Part shown: positions 55,374 through 64,000 of the stretch, piece after piece | Position numbering within the stretch: position 1 is the stretch's first letter | How the letters are laid out: each line of letters begins with the position of its first letter | NCBI GenBank assembly: GCA_902514105.1 | Contig: CABXPU010000001.1 | Coordinates: 36,105-100,104 of the forward strand | From: an uncultured SAR86 cluster bacterium | Lineage (GTDB): Bacteria; Pseudomonadota; Gammaproteobacteria; Magnimaribacterales; D2472 | Direction of reading: 5' to 3' | DNA: 64,000 nt | The notes under the pieces: generated by a model | Databases searched by the model: none | Seen by the model: the letters and a program-made list of their open reading frames with translations, nothing else | What the model was told of the DNA's origin: nothing | Made by a program: the position numbers and the translations under genes

Positions 55374-56614
55374 TCTAAATCTTTAATTTCAACGAAAGCC
55401 TCAGCTCTTATTGAGCGCAAAGTATTTTCTAGTTCTTCATCAAATTTTCTTGAATAAAGAGCAGAATATGCTCTATCTTCAATTAGCTCAGAAGTTTTAT
55501 CAAAGTTTCTTTTGCCCAAAACTTCAAGGAAATGGTATCCATAACCTGTTTGAAATACCTCTGAAACAGTATTAAGTTCAGAATTTAGCATCATGTCCTC
55601 AAACTCTTTAACCATAGTGCCCTTGCTAAACCAATCCAAATCTCCACCTCTTTGGGCAGATCCTTCATCTTCAGAAAATTCCTTTGCTAACTCTCCAAAA
55701 TCTTCGCCAGCTAAGATTCTATTCCTAATATCTTCTATCTCTTTTAATGTAGCATTTAGATCTCGAATTGCTGTTGGCATCAATAGAATATGCCTCGCAT
55801 TCCATTGGTCTTCATATTTAACAAAAGGGCCTCTTTTTTCTTCAAGTTTTAATATATGGAAACCTGAACCTGAGGGGATTGGTGCTGTGATTGTGCCTAC
55901 AATTTCTTTTTCTAAGGCTTTGTTAAATATTTCAGGCATATCAGCAACCTTTCTCCATGGCATTAGACCTCCGCTAGATGCATTTCCTGCAATAGAAACT
56001 TCTCTGACAATTGTTCCAAAATCTTCACCTGCATCTAATCGACTGATAACTGATAGAGATTGATTTTCTGTTTTAACCAATATTTGTCTTACCGATAATT
56101 CAGGTCTAATTTGAGCAACTGAAGCATCAGTTTTCATAAAGCTTTTAAATTCCTGCTCTGTAATACTTATTTCATTCCCAACTTTTCCTCTTTGAACTCT
56201 CTGAATAATCATATCTTTACGAATTTTTTCTCTAACTAATTCATAAGATTGACCAGCTTCTTCAATTGTTTTGATGAACTCTTCTAACGGAAGATTATTA
56301 TTGCTAGCAATTGTAACCATTGTCTGATTTAGCTCACCATCACTTATTCTTATTCCATATAGATCACCAAGTTGTAGCTGAAGCTCCTCAATGATTAATC
56401 TTTCAATCACTTCCTCTCTTAGCTCATTGGATGGAGGGATAGGAATATTTTGTGCCTGCATACTCATTTTTATTTCAAGAATGCTTTCATTAATCTGAGA
56501 TTCCATTATCAGGCCGTCATCTACAATAACTGCAACTCTATCTAATATCTCTACTCTTGCCAGAACCATAGATGGCAGCATGATTAGCAATGAGAATATT
56601 GTTAGTTTTTTCAT
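55370..56614 (-). CDS. surA: periplasmic chaperone / peptidyl-prolyl isomerase SurA
   Basis: 414 aa. Signal peptide, SurA N-domain (DRVAVIVDDGLIMESQI) and two parvulin-like domains (RHILL..., GGDLDWF). Located between lptD and pdxA. Confidence 0.85.
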   Translation of the reverse strand: MKKLTIFSLLIMLPSMVLARVEILDRVAVIVDDGLIMESQINESILEIKMSMQAQNIPIPPSNELREEVIERLIIEELQLQLGDLYGIRISDGELNQTMVTIASNNNLPLEEFIKTIEEAGQSYELVREKIRKDMIIQRVQRGKVGNEISITEQEFKSFMKTDASVAQIRPELSVRQILVKTENQSLSVISRLDAGEDFGTIVREVSIAGNASSGGLMPWRKVADMPEIFNKALEKEIVGTITAPIPSGSGFHILKLEEKRGPFVKYEDQWNARHILLMPTAIRDLNATLKEIEDIRNRILAGEDFGELAKEFSEDEGSAQRGGDLDWFSKGTMVKEFEDMMLNSELNTVSEVFQTGYGYHFLEVLGKRNFDKTSELIEDRAYSALYSRKFDEELENTLRSIRAEAFVEIKDLD

Positions 56615-56623
56615 AAGAATTTC

Positions 56624-58960
56624 CTAGTAATTAAGTATTGAATTTTGAAGCAGCTTTTCTATTTTATTAATCGATGAATTAAAGCCTTTAAGCTCAAATT
56701 CTAAGTTAATTCTACTTTTATTTTCAATGTTTATCATATTGTCCCATGCATCATTTAGGTATGTATAGCTTGAATTGTAAAGATCATTATATTTAGATAG
56801 ATTTTTATCACTTGCCATTAACCTAAAAGCTACACAACAGTTCTCATATTCTAATCCAAACATGCTCTCTACTTTAATATCATACTCATCATCTTGTTGT
56901 AATTTACCAATAATCTTAAAACCATTTTTTAAATTAATCGAAGTAAACACTTCAGAGTAATTAAGGGTTTGGTTAAAGTCGCCCGCAACTCGTCTATATC
57001 TTTTAGCAAACCCCAAAGTTCCCTTTGAGGACCTTGTCATAAAATTCATCCCGCCTAATCCGACTTTATTGCTTTTAGTGTCATAGTCTCCATATATCTT
57101 GAATGAGTTATTTGTATTAGGCATCCACACTGAAGACATAATGAATTTATTCTCATTATTCATCATAGATGGCATAGGAGTTACATAAACTTTATTTTCA
57201 GAATGGTGATATTTTTTAGCAAGACTAAATTTAAATACATCCCGACTAGATTTTCTTATTTTATAAGTAAAACCAATGCTATGGGAGGCATCATCAGCGA
57301 TTCTATCCATTCCTGAAAAACGATCATTAGTAAATACTTGGTTGTTATAAGCTAATATGTTGGTATCAAATACAGGATTTCCGCTTTGATCTTTATATTC
57401 TGAAAAACCTAAGACCAACCTTGGTTGAATGATAGAAATTCCGTCAGAATTCATCTTTACAAACATACTGCTAATATCAAATTTTAGATTGGGGCTATGA
57501 ATATTATTATTTTGAATCGATGAATTTTGTAAGTCATAACTTAAACTTTTAAGACCCACAGAGGTCTTAATTTTAAGAAAGTCTTTATTGAAGGTTTTGG
57601 ATATAGTTAAATCTGAAAAAGTCCGCCTTCCCTCTAAAGGCTCTTCAACTGAATTTAAATATTTATCCATTTCAGATGAGATTCCAAAGAATTCATGCAA
57701 GCCATTGGTTTTAAAAGTAGCAATATTCAATTTTTGTGTAAAATTTACAGAATCAATTGTTTTATTAAAACTAAGATCAATTGAGGGCGATTTCTTATAA
57801 CCATTTGAAAGAAGGGGGTTCAAGGATTGAAAGCCTTGATGCTCAACTTCTATTGCTAAATTGTTAAAACGAGAACTTATAATAATATTTTGATTTAAAT
57901 AGTGATCACGCTGCATTCCAATTGCAGTAATTTCTCCTGGTATATCTCTTAAAACCATAGCATCAGAAGCTTTGCCCCAATTAATTACTACTTCGCCCCA
58001 GTTAATCCCTGATGCTTTATTAAGCATTAAAGAGTCTTGAACTTTAAAAGCCCATCTTGAATCTGCTAATTCTGGATAATTCTTTTGCATTTCCTTGTCA
58101 CCATTAAAGTAGAAAGCATCGATATTATTTTTAGTATGCTCTTTAATGTAGCGATAATTAAGTTCTATACCAGAACCTCTTTCGGCAATATTTCTTGCGC
58201 CCAGAGTAATATCTGAATGGTCTGATAATATTGCAAAGTAAGGGATAGAAAAATCAACACCATCAGAAGAGGATGAAATAGAAGGCTCTAAGAATCCTGA
58301 TAATCTTTCACTAGTTGTTGCAAAAGGTAGATAGGGTGCCTTAAGTACGCTAATCCCTCCAAGTTCTAAGGTAAGATTCCTAGCATATCCTCTATAAGTT
58401 TTATTATTTAATACCAAATCATCAGCTCTAATTAGCCAGCCTGTTTTTGGGTCTGCACAAGAGGTAATATTTGCATCTTTAATTGATAGCTCATCACTTA
58501 AGGATCCTTGCAAGGAATTAAAGCTAACATTTAAACCTCTTGAAGCAAGAAAGAAGCTGCCATTTTTCATTTGAACCTGATCATTTAATCTATTGAAGAA
58601 GCCCTCATCGCCTTTTAAGAGTATCTGCTCAAGAGACAAAGTAGTATCTTCTTCAAATTCAATTAACTCTTTAGATGACCCAATTAATGCATTAGTTGAA
58701 TTAAGAAGGCCGCCAGGAAAATCAATCTTTACATTGTCATTGAGGGTAATAGCCTGATTATCACTAAATTTTAGTGAGTCTGCCTCAACACTTATATTTT
58801 TATCTTCACTAACTATTCCTAGATTTGGAGTATAAATGAGGCAAGATGTAGCGTTATGTCTATCATCTAATCTTATTAGATCCGAATTATTATTCTGAGC
58901 ATCAAGATTGAATGTTAACAATAATATTGCTGACACAGCAGCTAAGCGTGTTTTTTTCAT
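56624..58960 (-). CDS. lptD: LPS-assembly outer-membrane protein LptD
   Basis: 778 aa. Signal peptide, N-terminal OstA-like jellyroll and a large beta-barrel rich in aromatic-terminated strands. Heads the lptD-surA-pdxA-rsmA-apaH string. Confidence 0.85.
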   Translation of the reverse strand: MKKTRLAAVSAILLLTFNLDAQNNNSDLIRLDDRHNATSCLIYTPNLGIVSEDKNISVEADSLKFSDNQAITLNDNVKIDFPGGLLNSTNALIGSSKELIEFEEDTTLSLEQILLKGDEGFFNRLNDQVQMKNGSFFLASRGLNVSFNSLQGSLSDELSIKDANITSCADPKTGWLIRADDLVLNNKTYRGYARNLTLELGGISVLKAPYLPFATTSERLSGFLEPSISSSSDGVDFSIPYFAILSDHSDITLGARNIAERGSGIELNYRYIKEHTKNNIDAFYFNGDKEMQKNYPELADSRWAFKVQDSLMLNKASGINWGEVVINWGKASDAMVLRDIPGEITAIGMQRDHYLNQNIIISSRFNNLAIEVEHQGFQSLNPLLSNGYKKSPSIDLSFNKTIDSVNFTQKLNIATFKTNGLHEFFGISSEMDKYLNSVEEPLEGRRTFSDLTISKTFNKDFLKIKTSVGLKSLSYDLQNSSIQNNNIHSPNLKFDISSMFVKMNSDGISIIQPRLVLGFSEYKDQSGNPVFDTNILAYNNQVFTNDRFSGMDRIADDASHSIGFTYKIRKSSRDVFKFSLAKKYHHSENKVYVTPMPSMMNNENKFIMSSVWMPNTNNSFKIYGDYDTKSNKVGLGGMNFMTRSSKGTLGFAKRYRRVAGDFNQTLNYSEVFTSINLKNGFKIIGKLQQDDEYDIKVESMFGLEYENCCVAFRLMASDKNLSKYNDLYNSSYTYLNDAWDNMINIENKSRINLEFELKGFNSSINKIEKLLQNSILNY

Positions 58961-59028
58961 TTTGTTTATTTTATACCTGTTAGCTTAGAAAGCGTATTTT
59001 AAGGAAAGTTCTATTTTACTTTCTTGAA

Positions 59029-59628
59029 CTATTGTGTAATAAAACTTTCAAGATCAGCTAAGCTATCTTTCCCAAAAAAGATTTCATCATTAGCAAAGAA
59101 TGTCGGTATACCAAATGCACCTCGCTCAACGGCATTACTAGTATTCTGGATTAATTCTTGTTTACATTCAGGGCTCTGAATTATTTCAACAAGATCATTG
59201 ACATTAATTTCAGTCTCATCAGTAAGTAATTTTACTAGGATATCCATATCTCCAAGATTTAAGCCTTCCTCCCACATACCCTTAAAAATAGCTTCGATAT
59301 ATTCATCAAATACATCTAAAGATATTGCTGCAAGAGCTCCCCTTTGTATTTGGATAGTAGTTATTGGAAAGTGCGGATTCATAGCAAATTTATTTAGACC
59401 ATGTTTTTTTACAAACCTTTGGATTTCGATGTTTTGGTATTCAAGTTTATTCAAGATTCCATTAAAGGCGATCATTGGCGCCTGATTATTGGTAATTTTA
59501 AATATTCCACCCAATAGACATGGTATGTAATTAAAAGAAGCACCAGTTCTTTTTTCGATTCCCGGAATCACTTTATGAGTTAGGTATGCATTCGGACTTG
59601 CTACATCAAATATAAAGTCTACTTTCAT
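59029..59628 (-). CDS. 2-hydroxychromene-2-carboxylate isomerase family protein (DsbA-like thioredoxin fold, kappa-GST-like)
   Basis: 199 aa. N-terminal FDVASPNAYL and C-terminal GAFGIPTFF...FFGKD match HCCA-isomerase/DsbA-family proteins. Confidence 0.6.
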   Translation of the reverse strand: MKVDFIFDVASPNAYLTHKVIPGIEKRTGASFNYIPCLLGGIFKITNNQAPMIAFNGILNKLEYQNIEIQRFVKKHGLNKFAMNPHFPITTIQIQRGALAAISLDVFDEYIEAIFKGMWEEGLNLGDMDILVKLLTDETEINVNDLVEIIQSPECKQELIQNTSNAVERGAFGIPTFFANDEIFFGKDSLADLESFITQ

Positions 59629-59717
59629 TTTTATTAATTATTTTGTTAAAGTTAAATCTGAATAGTTAGATACTATACAAATTTAGAGTTCTTATCAAAA
59701 ACAAATAAGGAAAAAAC

Positions 59718-60575
59718 ATGAGTTTAAAAGATAAAGTTATTTTTATTTCGGGTGGAAGTAGGGGAATAGGTCTTGCTATGGCAAAAAGAGCAGCTCAAGA
59801 TGGGGCAAAAATTGTTGTAGCTGCTAAAACAGCTGAACCTCATCCAAAACTTCCTGGAACTATATATACCGCAGCTGAAGAGATAGTTGAAGCAGGAGGT
59901 GATGCTTTACCTATGGTTTGTGATATACGCGACGAGGATAATGTTCGTGATGCAATTAATGCAAGTGTAGAACATTTTGGTGGTATTGATATATGCATCA
60001 ATAATGCATCAGCAATTCAATTAACAAATACCCTCGATACAGCTATGAAACGTTATGATCTTATGCATCAGATCAATGGAAGAGGTACTTATATGGTAAG
60101 CAAGTATTGCCTCCCTCATCTATTAAAATCAGAAAACCCACATATCTTAAACTTAGCACCTCCATTAGATATGGATCCAAAGTGGTTTGGCGGACATGTT
60201 GGCTATACTATGGCGAAATACACAATGAGTATGTGTGTGCTTGGTATGGCTGAAGAGTTCAAAGATAGGGGTGTTGCCGTTAATGCGCTTTGGCCAAGAA
60301 CAGCAATTGCAACAGCAGCGGTTCAAAATCACCTTGGCGGAGATGAGATTATGCGATTATCAAGGAATGTAGATATTATGGCAGATGCCGCTTATACAAT
60401 ATTAATTAAAGATTCAAAGAGCTTCACAGGTAATTTTTGCATTGATGATTTAGTCCTTCATGATGCCGGTGTAACTGATTTCACAAGATATGCAAATGTT
60501 CCTTTTGGTGAGCTTATGCCTGATTTTTTTGTCCCAGACAATACACCATTACCAGACGAGGTAAAAAACAGCTAA
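59718..60575 (+). CDS. SDR family oxidoreductase (HSDL2-like)
   Basis: 285 aa. Cofactor motif ISGGSRGIG, NNAS and catalytic YTMAK. Confidence 0.65.
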   Translation: MSLKDKVIFISGGSRGIGLAMAKRAAQDGAKIVVAAKTAEPHPKLPGTIYTAAEEIVEAGGDALPMVCDIRDEDNVRDAINASVEHFGGIDICINNASAIQLTNTLDTAMKRYDLMHQINGRGTYMVSKYCLPHLLKSENPHILNLAPPLDMDPKWFGGHVGYTMAKYTMSMCVLGMAEEFKDRGVAVNALWPRTAIATAAVQNHLGGDEIMRLSRNVDIMADAAYTILIKDSKSFTGNFCIDDLVLHDAGVTDFTRYANVPFGELMPDFFVPDNTPLPDEVKNS

Positions 60576-60576
60576 C

Positions 60577-61530
60577 TTGAAAGAATCTGAGATTATAGAG
60601 TTAACAGCTCAATGCGGTTTTGAATGCGAGAGAGCTATAGCTTTAAAACTTGAGGCTAGTGGTAGAGAGTATTGGAGACTAGTTAATAAATCAGAAAGTT
60701 TAATACTATGTTTTCTAGATCCTCTAAAGGGAGATCACCTGCAATTTACCTATTTAGCTGACATTTTTAAATCTAATAATATTAATGCTCCAGAAATATT
60801 AATGCATAATCCAAAATTGGGCGTTACCATCCAAGAGGACCTGGGAGATAATGATTTATTAGAAATCCTAAATGATTCCAATAAATATGAATTAGTAAAA
60901 CAAAGTTTAGAGCTGCTTAATAAGATTCAGGTAATTGAAGACCTCAATATTAATACATTAAATCAAAGCGACTTAGAGTCTCAAATTAATCTTTTTAGTG
61001 AATTCTTTTGTGGACAGTTTTTAAAACTTGAAGCTGACGACTCAATAAGAAAATTATCAGAAAAGACCATCATTAATTTAAATAAACAACCTCAATTAAA
61101 TTGTCATTTTGATTATGAGAGACGAAACTTGATTCTTTCAGAGGATATGAAGATTAATATAATAGATTTTCAGGACCTTTGTATTGGCCCTATAGGCATA
61201 GATCTAGCTGGAATTTTACTTGATCATTACAAACCTTTTGATGAAGTCTTTGTAAAAGAATCTTTAGTATTTTATAAAGAGGAATCTAATTTAGATCTAG
61301 ATCATGATGAGCTATTTGAATGCTTCAGATGGGGTGGGATCCAAAGGAATCTAAGAATTTTAGGAACTTTATCAAGATTATATATTGATCAAAATCGCTC
61401 TTTTAGATTAAATGATTTAACTATGATTTTACAAAACCTAATAGATATTATTCCAGTGGGATGGAATTGCAGAGATTTTCTTATTGATATTGTAAAACCA
61501 AGTCTTCAGGAAAGGTTAAAGTTGATATGA
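60577..61530 (+). CDS. amgK: anomeric MurNAc/GlcNAc kinase-like phosphotransferase
   Basis: 317 aa with an APH-fold (IDFQD metal-binding motif). TTG start. It overlaps the following nucleotidyltransferase by 4 nt and lies near lptD, matching the pseudomonad amgK-murU arrangement. Confidence 0.55.
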   Translation: MKESEIIELTAQCGFECERAIALKLEASGREYWRLVNKSESLILCFLDPLKGDHLQFTYLADIFKSNNINAPEILMHNPKLGVTIQEDLGDNDLLEILNDSNKYELVKQSLELLNKIQVIEDLNINTLNQSDLESQINLFSEFFCGQFLKLEADDSIRKLSEKTIINLNKQPQLNCHFDYERRNLILSEDMKINIIDFQDLCIGPIGIDLAGILLDHYKPFDEVFVKESLVFYKEESNLDLDHDELFECFRWGGIQRNLRILGTLSRLYIDQNRSFRLNDLTMILQNLIDIIPVGWNCRDFLIDIVKPSLQERLKLI

Positions 61531-62198
61531 AAGCAATGTTATTAGCGGCAGGAATTGGAAAAAGACTTCTTCCTTTTACCAAAGATATGCCAAAACCTCT
61601 TATAGAGGTAGGATCAGAAACATTGCTTGATAGAAATATTCGTTTACTTTTAAAAATTGGCATTACCGAAATTGTTGTTAATGTTTCTTACCTTGGTGAC
61701 ATGATTGAGAAACATATAAACAAACAATATAAGAATCACAAAATTACTATCATTAAAGAAAAATGCATTCTTGGAACAGGTGGAGGCATTCTTAATGCTA
61801 TTGAGCATTTTCAAGGTAAGCCTTTCCTCTTGATAAATGCAGATACATACCATGAATTTAAATTAGATCTTCTCCCCAGCGATGTTGAATTTGCTCATTT
61901 AGTTGGAGTTCCAAATCCTGACCACAATCTAGAAGGAGATTTCTCTATAAAAGATAATAAGGCTTTTATATCAGAACTAACGAATGATCTTACCTTTGCT
62001 GGCGTATCAATTATCAATCCAGCAATATTTGTAGAGTCTAGATTACCAAAACCCCCATTTGATATATGGAATTATGTTTTAAAAGATTTTATAAATGAAG
62101 ATGTGGTTACAGCCATTAAAGCTGAAGAATTATGGATAGATGTTGGATCCCCTGAACGTCTTTCTCTTGCCATTGAGGCACATAAAGACGAAAATTAA
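61527..62198 (+). CDS. murU: N-acetylmuramate alpha-1-phosphate uridylyltransferase-like nucleotidyltransferase
   Basis: 223 aa. N-terminal MLLAAGIGKRLLPFT (the G-x-G-x-R-L sugar-nucleotidyltransferase motif). Paired with the kinase gene. Confidence 0.6.
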   Translation: MKAMLLAAGIGKRLLPFTKDMPKPLIEVGSETLLDRNIRLLLKIGITEIVVNVSYLGDMIEKHINKQYKNHKITIIKEKCILGTGGGILNAIEHFQGKPFLLINADTYHEFKLDLLPSDVEFAHLVGVPNPDHNLEGDFSIKDNKAFISELTNDLTFAGVSIINPAIFVESRLPKPPFDIWNYVLKDFINEDVVTAIKAEELWIDVGSPERLSLAIEAHKDEN

Positions 62199-62201
62199 TA
62201 T

Positions 62202-62870
62202 ATGACAGACAAGAAATACATTATTGCTCCATCAATTCTTTCAGCAAACTTTGCTAGATTAGGTGAAGAAGTTGAAGAAGTTATGTCTTCTGGAGCTGAT
62301 TGGATCCATTTTGACGTAATGGATAATCATTATGTGCCCAATTTAACGATAGGTCCCATGGTTTGCAAATCTTTAAGAGATTATGGTGTAAAAGATTTTA
62401 TTGATGTTCATCTTATGATAGAGCCAGTTGATGAGCTGGCTGCAGATTTTATAAAAGCGGGTGCAGACCTTATTAGTTTTCATCCAGAAGCTTCTAGGCA
62501 CGTGCATAGATCTATTAATGCCATTAAAGATGCTGGATGCAAAGTTGGTTTGGCAATTAATCCAGCTACATCCTTAAATGTTTTAGATGACGTAATAGAA
62601 GATCTTGATCTTGTTTTATTAATGAGCGTCAACCCTGGCTTCGGTGGTCAGAGCTTTATTTCATCTACTCTTAATAAAATTTCAAAAGTAAGGAAGATGA
62701 TTGATGATTCAGGCAAAGAAATAAAATTAGAAGTTGATGGGGGTGTTAATTTGAATACCATTGCAGATGTTGCTAAAGCCGGAGCTGATACTTTTGTTGC
62801 CGGTTCAGCAATTTTTGGTACTGACAATTATGAAGACACCATTTCACAACTTAGAGCTAAGATTTCTTAA
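62202..62870 (+). CDS. rpe: ribulose-phosphate 3-epimerase
   Basis: 222 aa. [42 protein letters not shown] and VDGGV. Confidence 0.92.
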   Translation: MTDKKYIIAPSILSANFARLGEEVEEVMSSGADWIHFDVMDNHYVPNLTIGPMVCKSLRDYGVKDFIDVHLMIEPVDELAADFIKAGADLISFHPEASRHVHRSINAIKDAGCKVGLAINPATSLNVLDDVIEDLDLVLLMSVNPGFGGQSFISSTLNKISKVRKMIDDSGKEIKLEVDGGVNLNTIADVAKAGADTFVAGSAIFGTDNYEDTISQLRAKIS

Positions 62871-63264
62871 GTTTTTCTTAATAAGTAATTTACTTCTACC
62901 CAATGATTTATTATCAGAGTCTGAGGTTATAGACTTAAGATCTCTATTAACTCATATTGAGATAGCAGATGATCCCTATTTAAGAAGAAGGGGATTAATG
63001 TTTAGATCTTCTTTGCAGCCAAATATAGGCATGTTATTTATATGGCAGGACTATACCAATAGATGCATGTGGATGAAAAATACAAAAGTTCCACTTAGCG
63101 TAGCTTTTATTTCCAAAGAAAGAGAAATTTTAGAGATTTATGATATGGTTCCCATGTCTAAAGAAAGCACATGCTCTAAAAATAAAGCTGCGTTTGCTTT
63201 AGAGGTTAATAAGGGATGGTTCAAGGAACATAATATTTCCACCGGACAGATAATAGATTTTTAA
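62830..63264 (+). CDS. DUF192 domain protein
   Basis: [31 protein letters not shown] and ALEVNKGWF match the DUF192 pattern. The track start (TTG 62761) would overlap rpe by 110 nt. The ATG at 62830 gives 144 aa with a hydrophobic N-terminus and a 41-nt overlap. The start remains uncertain. Confidence 0.6.
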   Translation: MKTPFHNLELRFLKFFLISNLLLPNDLLSESEVIDLRSLLTHIEIADDPYLRRRGLMFRSSLQPNIGMLFIWQDYTNRCMWMKNTKVPLSVAFISKEREILEIYDMVPMSKESTCSKNKAAFALEVNKGWFKEHNISTGQIIDF

Positions 63265-63265
63265 A

Positions 63266-64000
63266 ATGATTACCAAAGAAGAGTATATTAAATATGCTGA
63301 GTCAGGATATACAGTTATTCCTGTAATAAAATCAATCAGTAACAGCCAAGATTCTCCTATATCTTTATATTTAAAAATTGCTAATCAAAAAAATAGTTTC
63401 TTACTAGAATCAGTTGAAGGCGGCGATAGGTGGGCTCAATATTCCATCATAGGTCTAGAATGCAAAGATTACATAAAAGTATCGGGTCAAAATGTAGAAA
63501 CTTGCACAAATGGAGTTTTAAATAGCTTTTTTTCTAAAGATCCCCTTCGCAGCATCCAAGAGATAACGTCTAAAGAGAAAACGCCTATATTTGATAATAT
63601 GCCGCGATTCTATGGTGGCTATGTAGGGTTTTTTGCCTATGAAAGCTCTCAGTATGCAGAGGAAAAGATTGCTAATCTCCCAAAGAAAGATTCTAAATTT
63701 AAAGACCATATGCCTGAAATATTGCTTATTAAAGCAGAGACATTAATTATTTATGACAATACAGATAATTCAATTAGGATTGTTTATAACGCAGATTCGC
63801 AAAAACATTCATTTGAAGAAGCTGAAAGTAAATTAGACGAGCTTGCAAAAATACTAAAAAAATCTATCGATGTTCCTTCTGATGAATTTAAAGAAATAAC
63901 CAGAGATTTAGAATTTAAATCAAATTTCTCTAAAGCAGAGTATTTAGATGCGGTAAATGTAATTAAAAATTATATTAAAGAAGGAGATGTCATGCAGGTA
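63266..64000 (+). CDS. trpE: anthranilate synthase component I, N-terminal part (continues past the right edge of the window)
   Basis: Not in the ORF track because there is no stop within the window. From the ATG at 63266 the product is MITKEEYIKYAESGYTVIPVIKSISNSQDSPISLYLKIANQKNSFLLESVEGGDRWAQYSIIG..., collinear with TrpE N-termini (LLES..GG....RYS). The frame stays open to position 64000. Confidence 0.8.
   Translation, partial: MITKEEYIKYAESGYTVIPVIKSISNSQDSPISLYLKIANQKNSFLLESVEGGDRWAQYSIIGLECKDYIKVSGQNVETCTNGVLNSFFSKDPLRSIQEITSKEKTPIFDNMPRFYGGYVGFFAYESSQYAEEKIANLPKKDSKFKDHMPEILLIKAETLIIYDNTDNSIRIVYNADSQKHSFEEAESKLDELAKILKKSIDVPSDEFKEITRDLEFKSNFSKAEYLDAVNVIKNYIKEGDVMQV

Noticed and set aside
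62761-62870. The ORF-track start (TTG 62761) for the DUF192 gene, implying a 110-nt overlap with rpe in another frame.
   Set aside because: The overlap would be far longer than any other in the window. The extra N-terminal residues have no DUF192 counterpart, and an in-frame ATG at 62830 gives a typical-length protein with a hydrophobic N-terminus. Similar over-extensions at upstream TTG or GTG codons were trimmed for 10341 (ybjQ), 39456, 24089 and 25567.
1-64000. Searched by eye for CRISPR arrays, rRNA, tmRNA/RNase P/6S-like RNAs, insertion-sequence inverted repeats, DnaA-box clusters or a dif site, and known defence or toxin-antitoxin gene pairs.
   Set aside because: None were found. All non-coding gaps are short and are accounted for by the tRNA, promoters or the single hairpin. 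All ORFs above about 70 aa outside known genes are antisense or alternative-frame shadows. Manual scanning cannot exclude short or degenerate elements, so covariance-model and repeat-finder runs would be the proper check.

Overview
This is an AT-rich, very gene-dense chromosomal segment with about 64 protein-coding genes, one tRNA and almost no non-coding DNA. Many neighbouring genes overlap by 1-11 nt at start/stop codons. Gene content and synteny point to a streamlined, probably marine, gammaproteobacterium: lptD-surA-pdxA-rsmA-apaH, amgK-murU, gmk-rpoZ-spoT, the rpsU/tsaD divergent pair, GS-ntrB-ntrC and ubiC-ubiA. That assignment is inference only, because no database search was possible. 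The content is mostly housekeeping: glycine cleavage gcvTHP, a dimethylglycine/sarcosine-dehydrogenase-family enzyme, nucleotide, folate, riboflavin and ubiquinone biosynthesis, DNA repair (mutY, recG, rmuC), the stringent response and outer-membrane biogenesis. I found no rRNA, CRISPR array, integrase, transposase, toxin-antitoxin pair or recognisable defence genes. Two real genes are missing from the ORF track because they are too short or run off the window, in addition to a 5' lgt fragment: a 56-aa rubredoxin (33854-34024) and a partial trpE (63266-64000). The observations most worth follow-up are listed here. (1) A MacAB/DevBCA-like efflux locus has one adaptor, one free ATPase and three tandem FtsX-type permease genes (11016-16350). 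(2) A eukaryote-like type II glutamine synthetase sits in the glnA slot upstream of ntrBC, with a near-consensus sigma-54 promoter, an NtrC-type palindrome and an intra-operon terminator hairpin. (3) A membrane pyrophosphatase has residue signatures matching the K+-dependent, Na+-pumping class. (4) The rubredoxin is translationally coupled to a cation symporter. (5) A MarR regulator is paired divergently with an unclassifiable polytopic membrane protein next to tRNA-Phe. None of these is strong evidence for a wholly new biological system. The three-permease ABC locus is the best candidate, and I rate it moderate.
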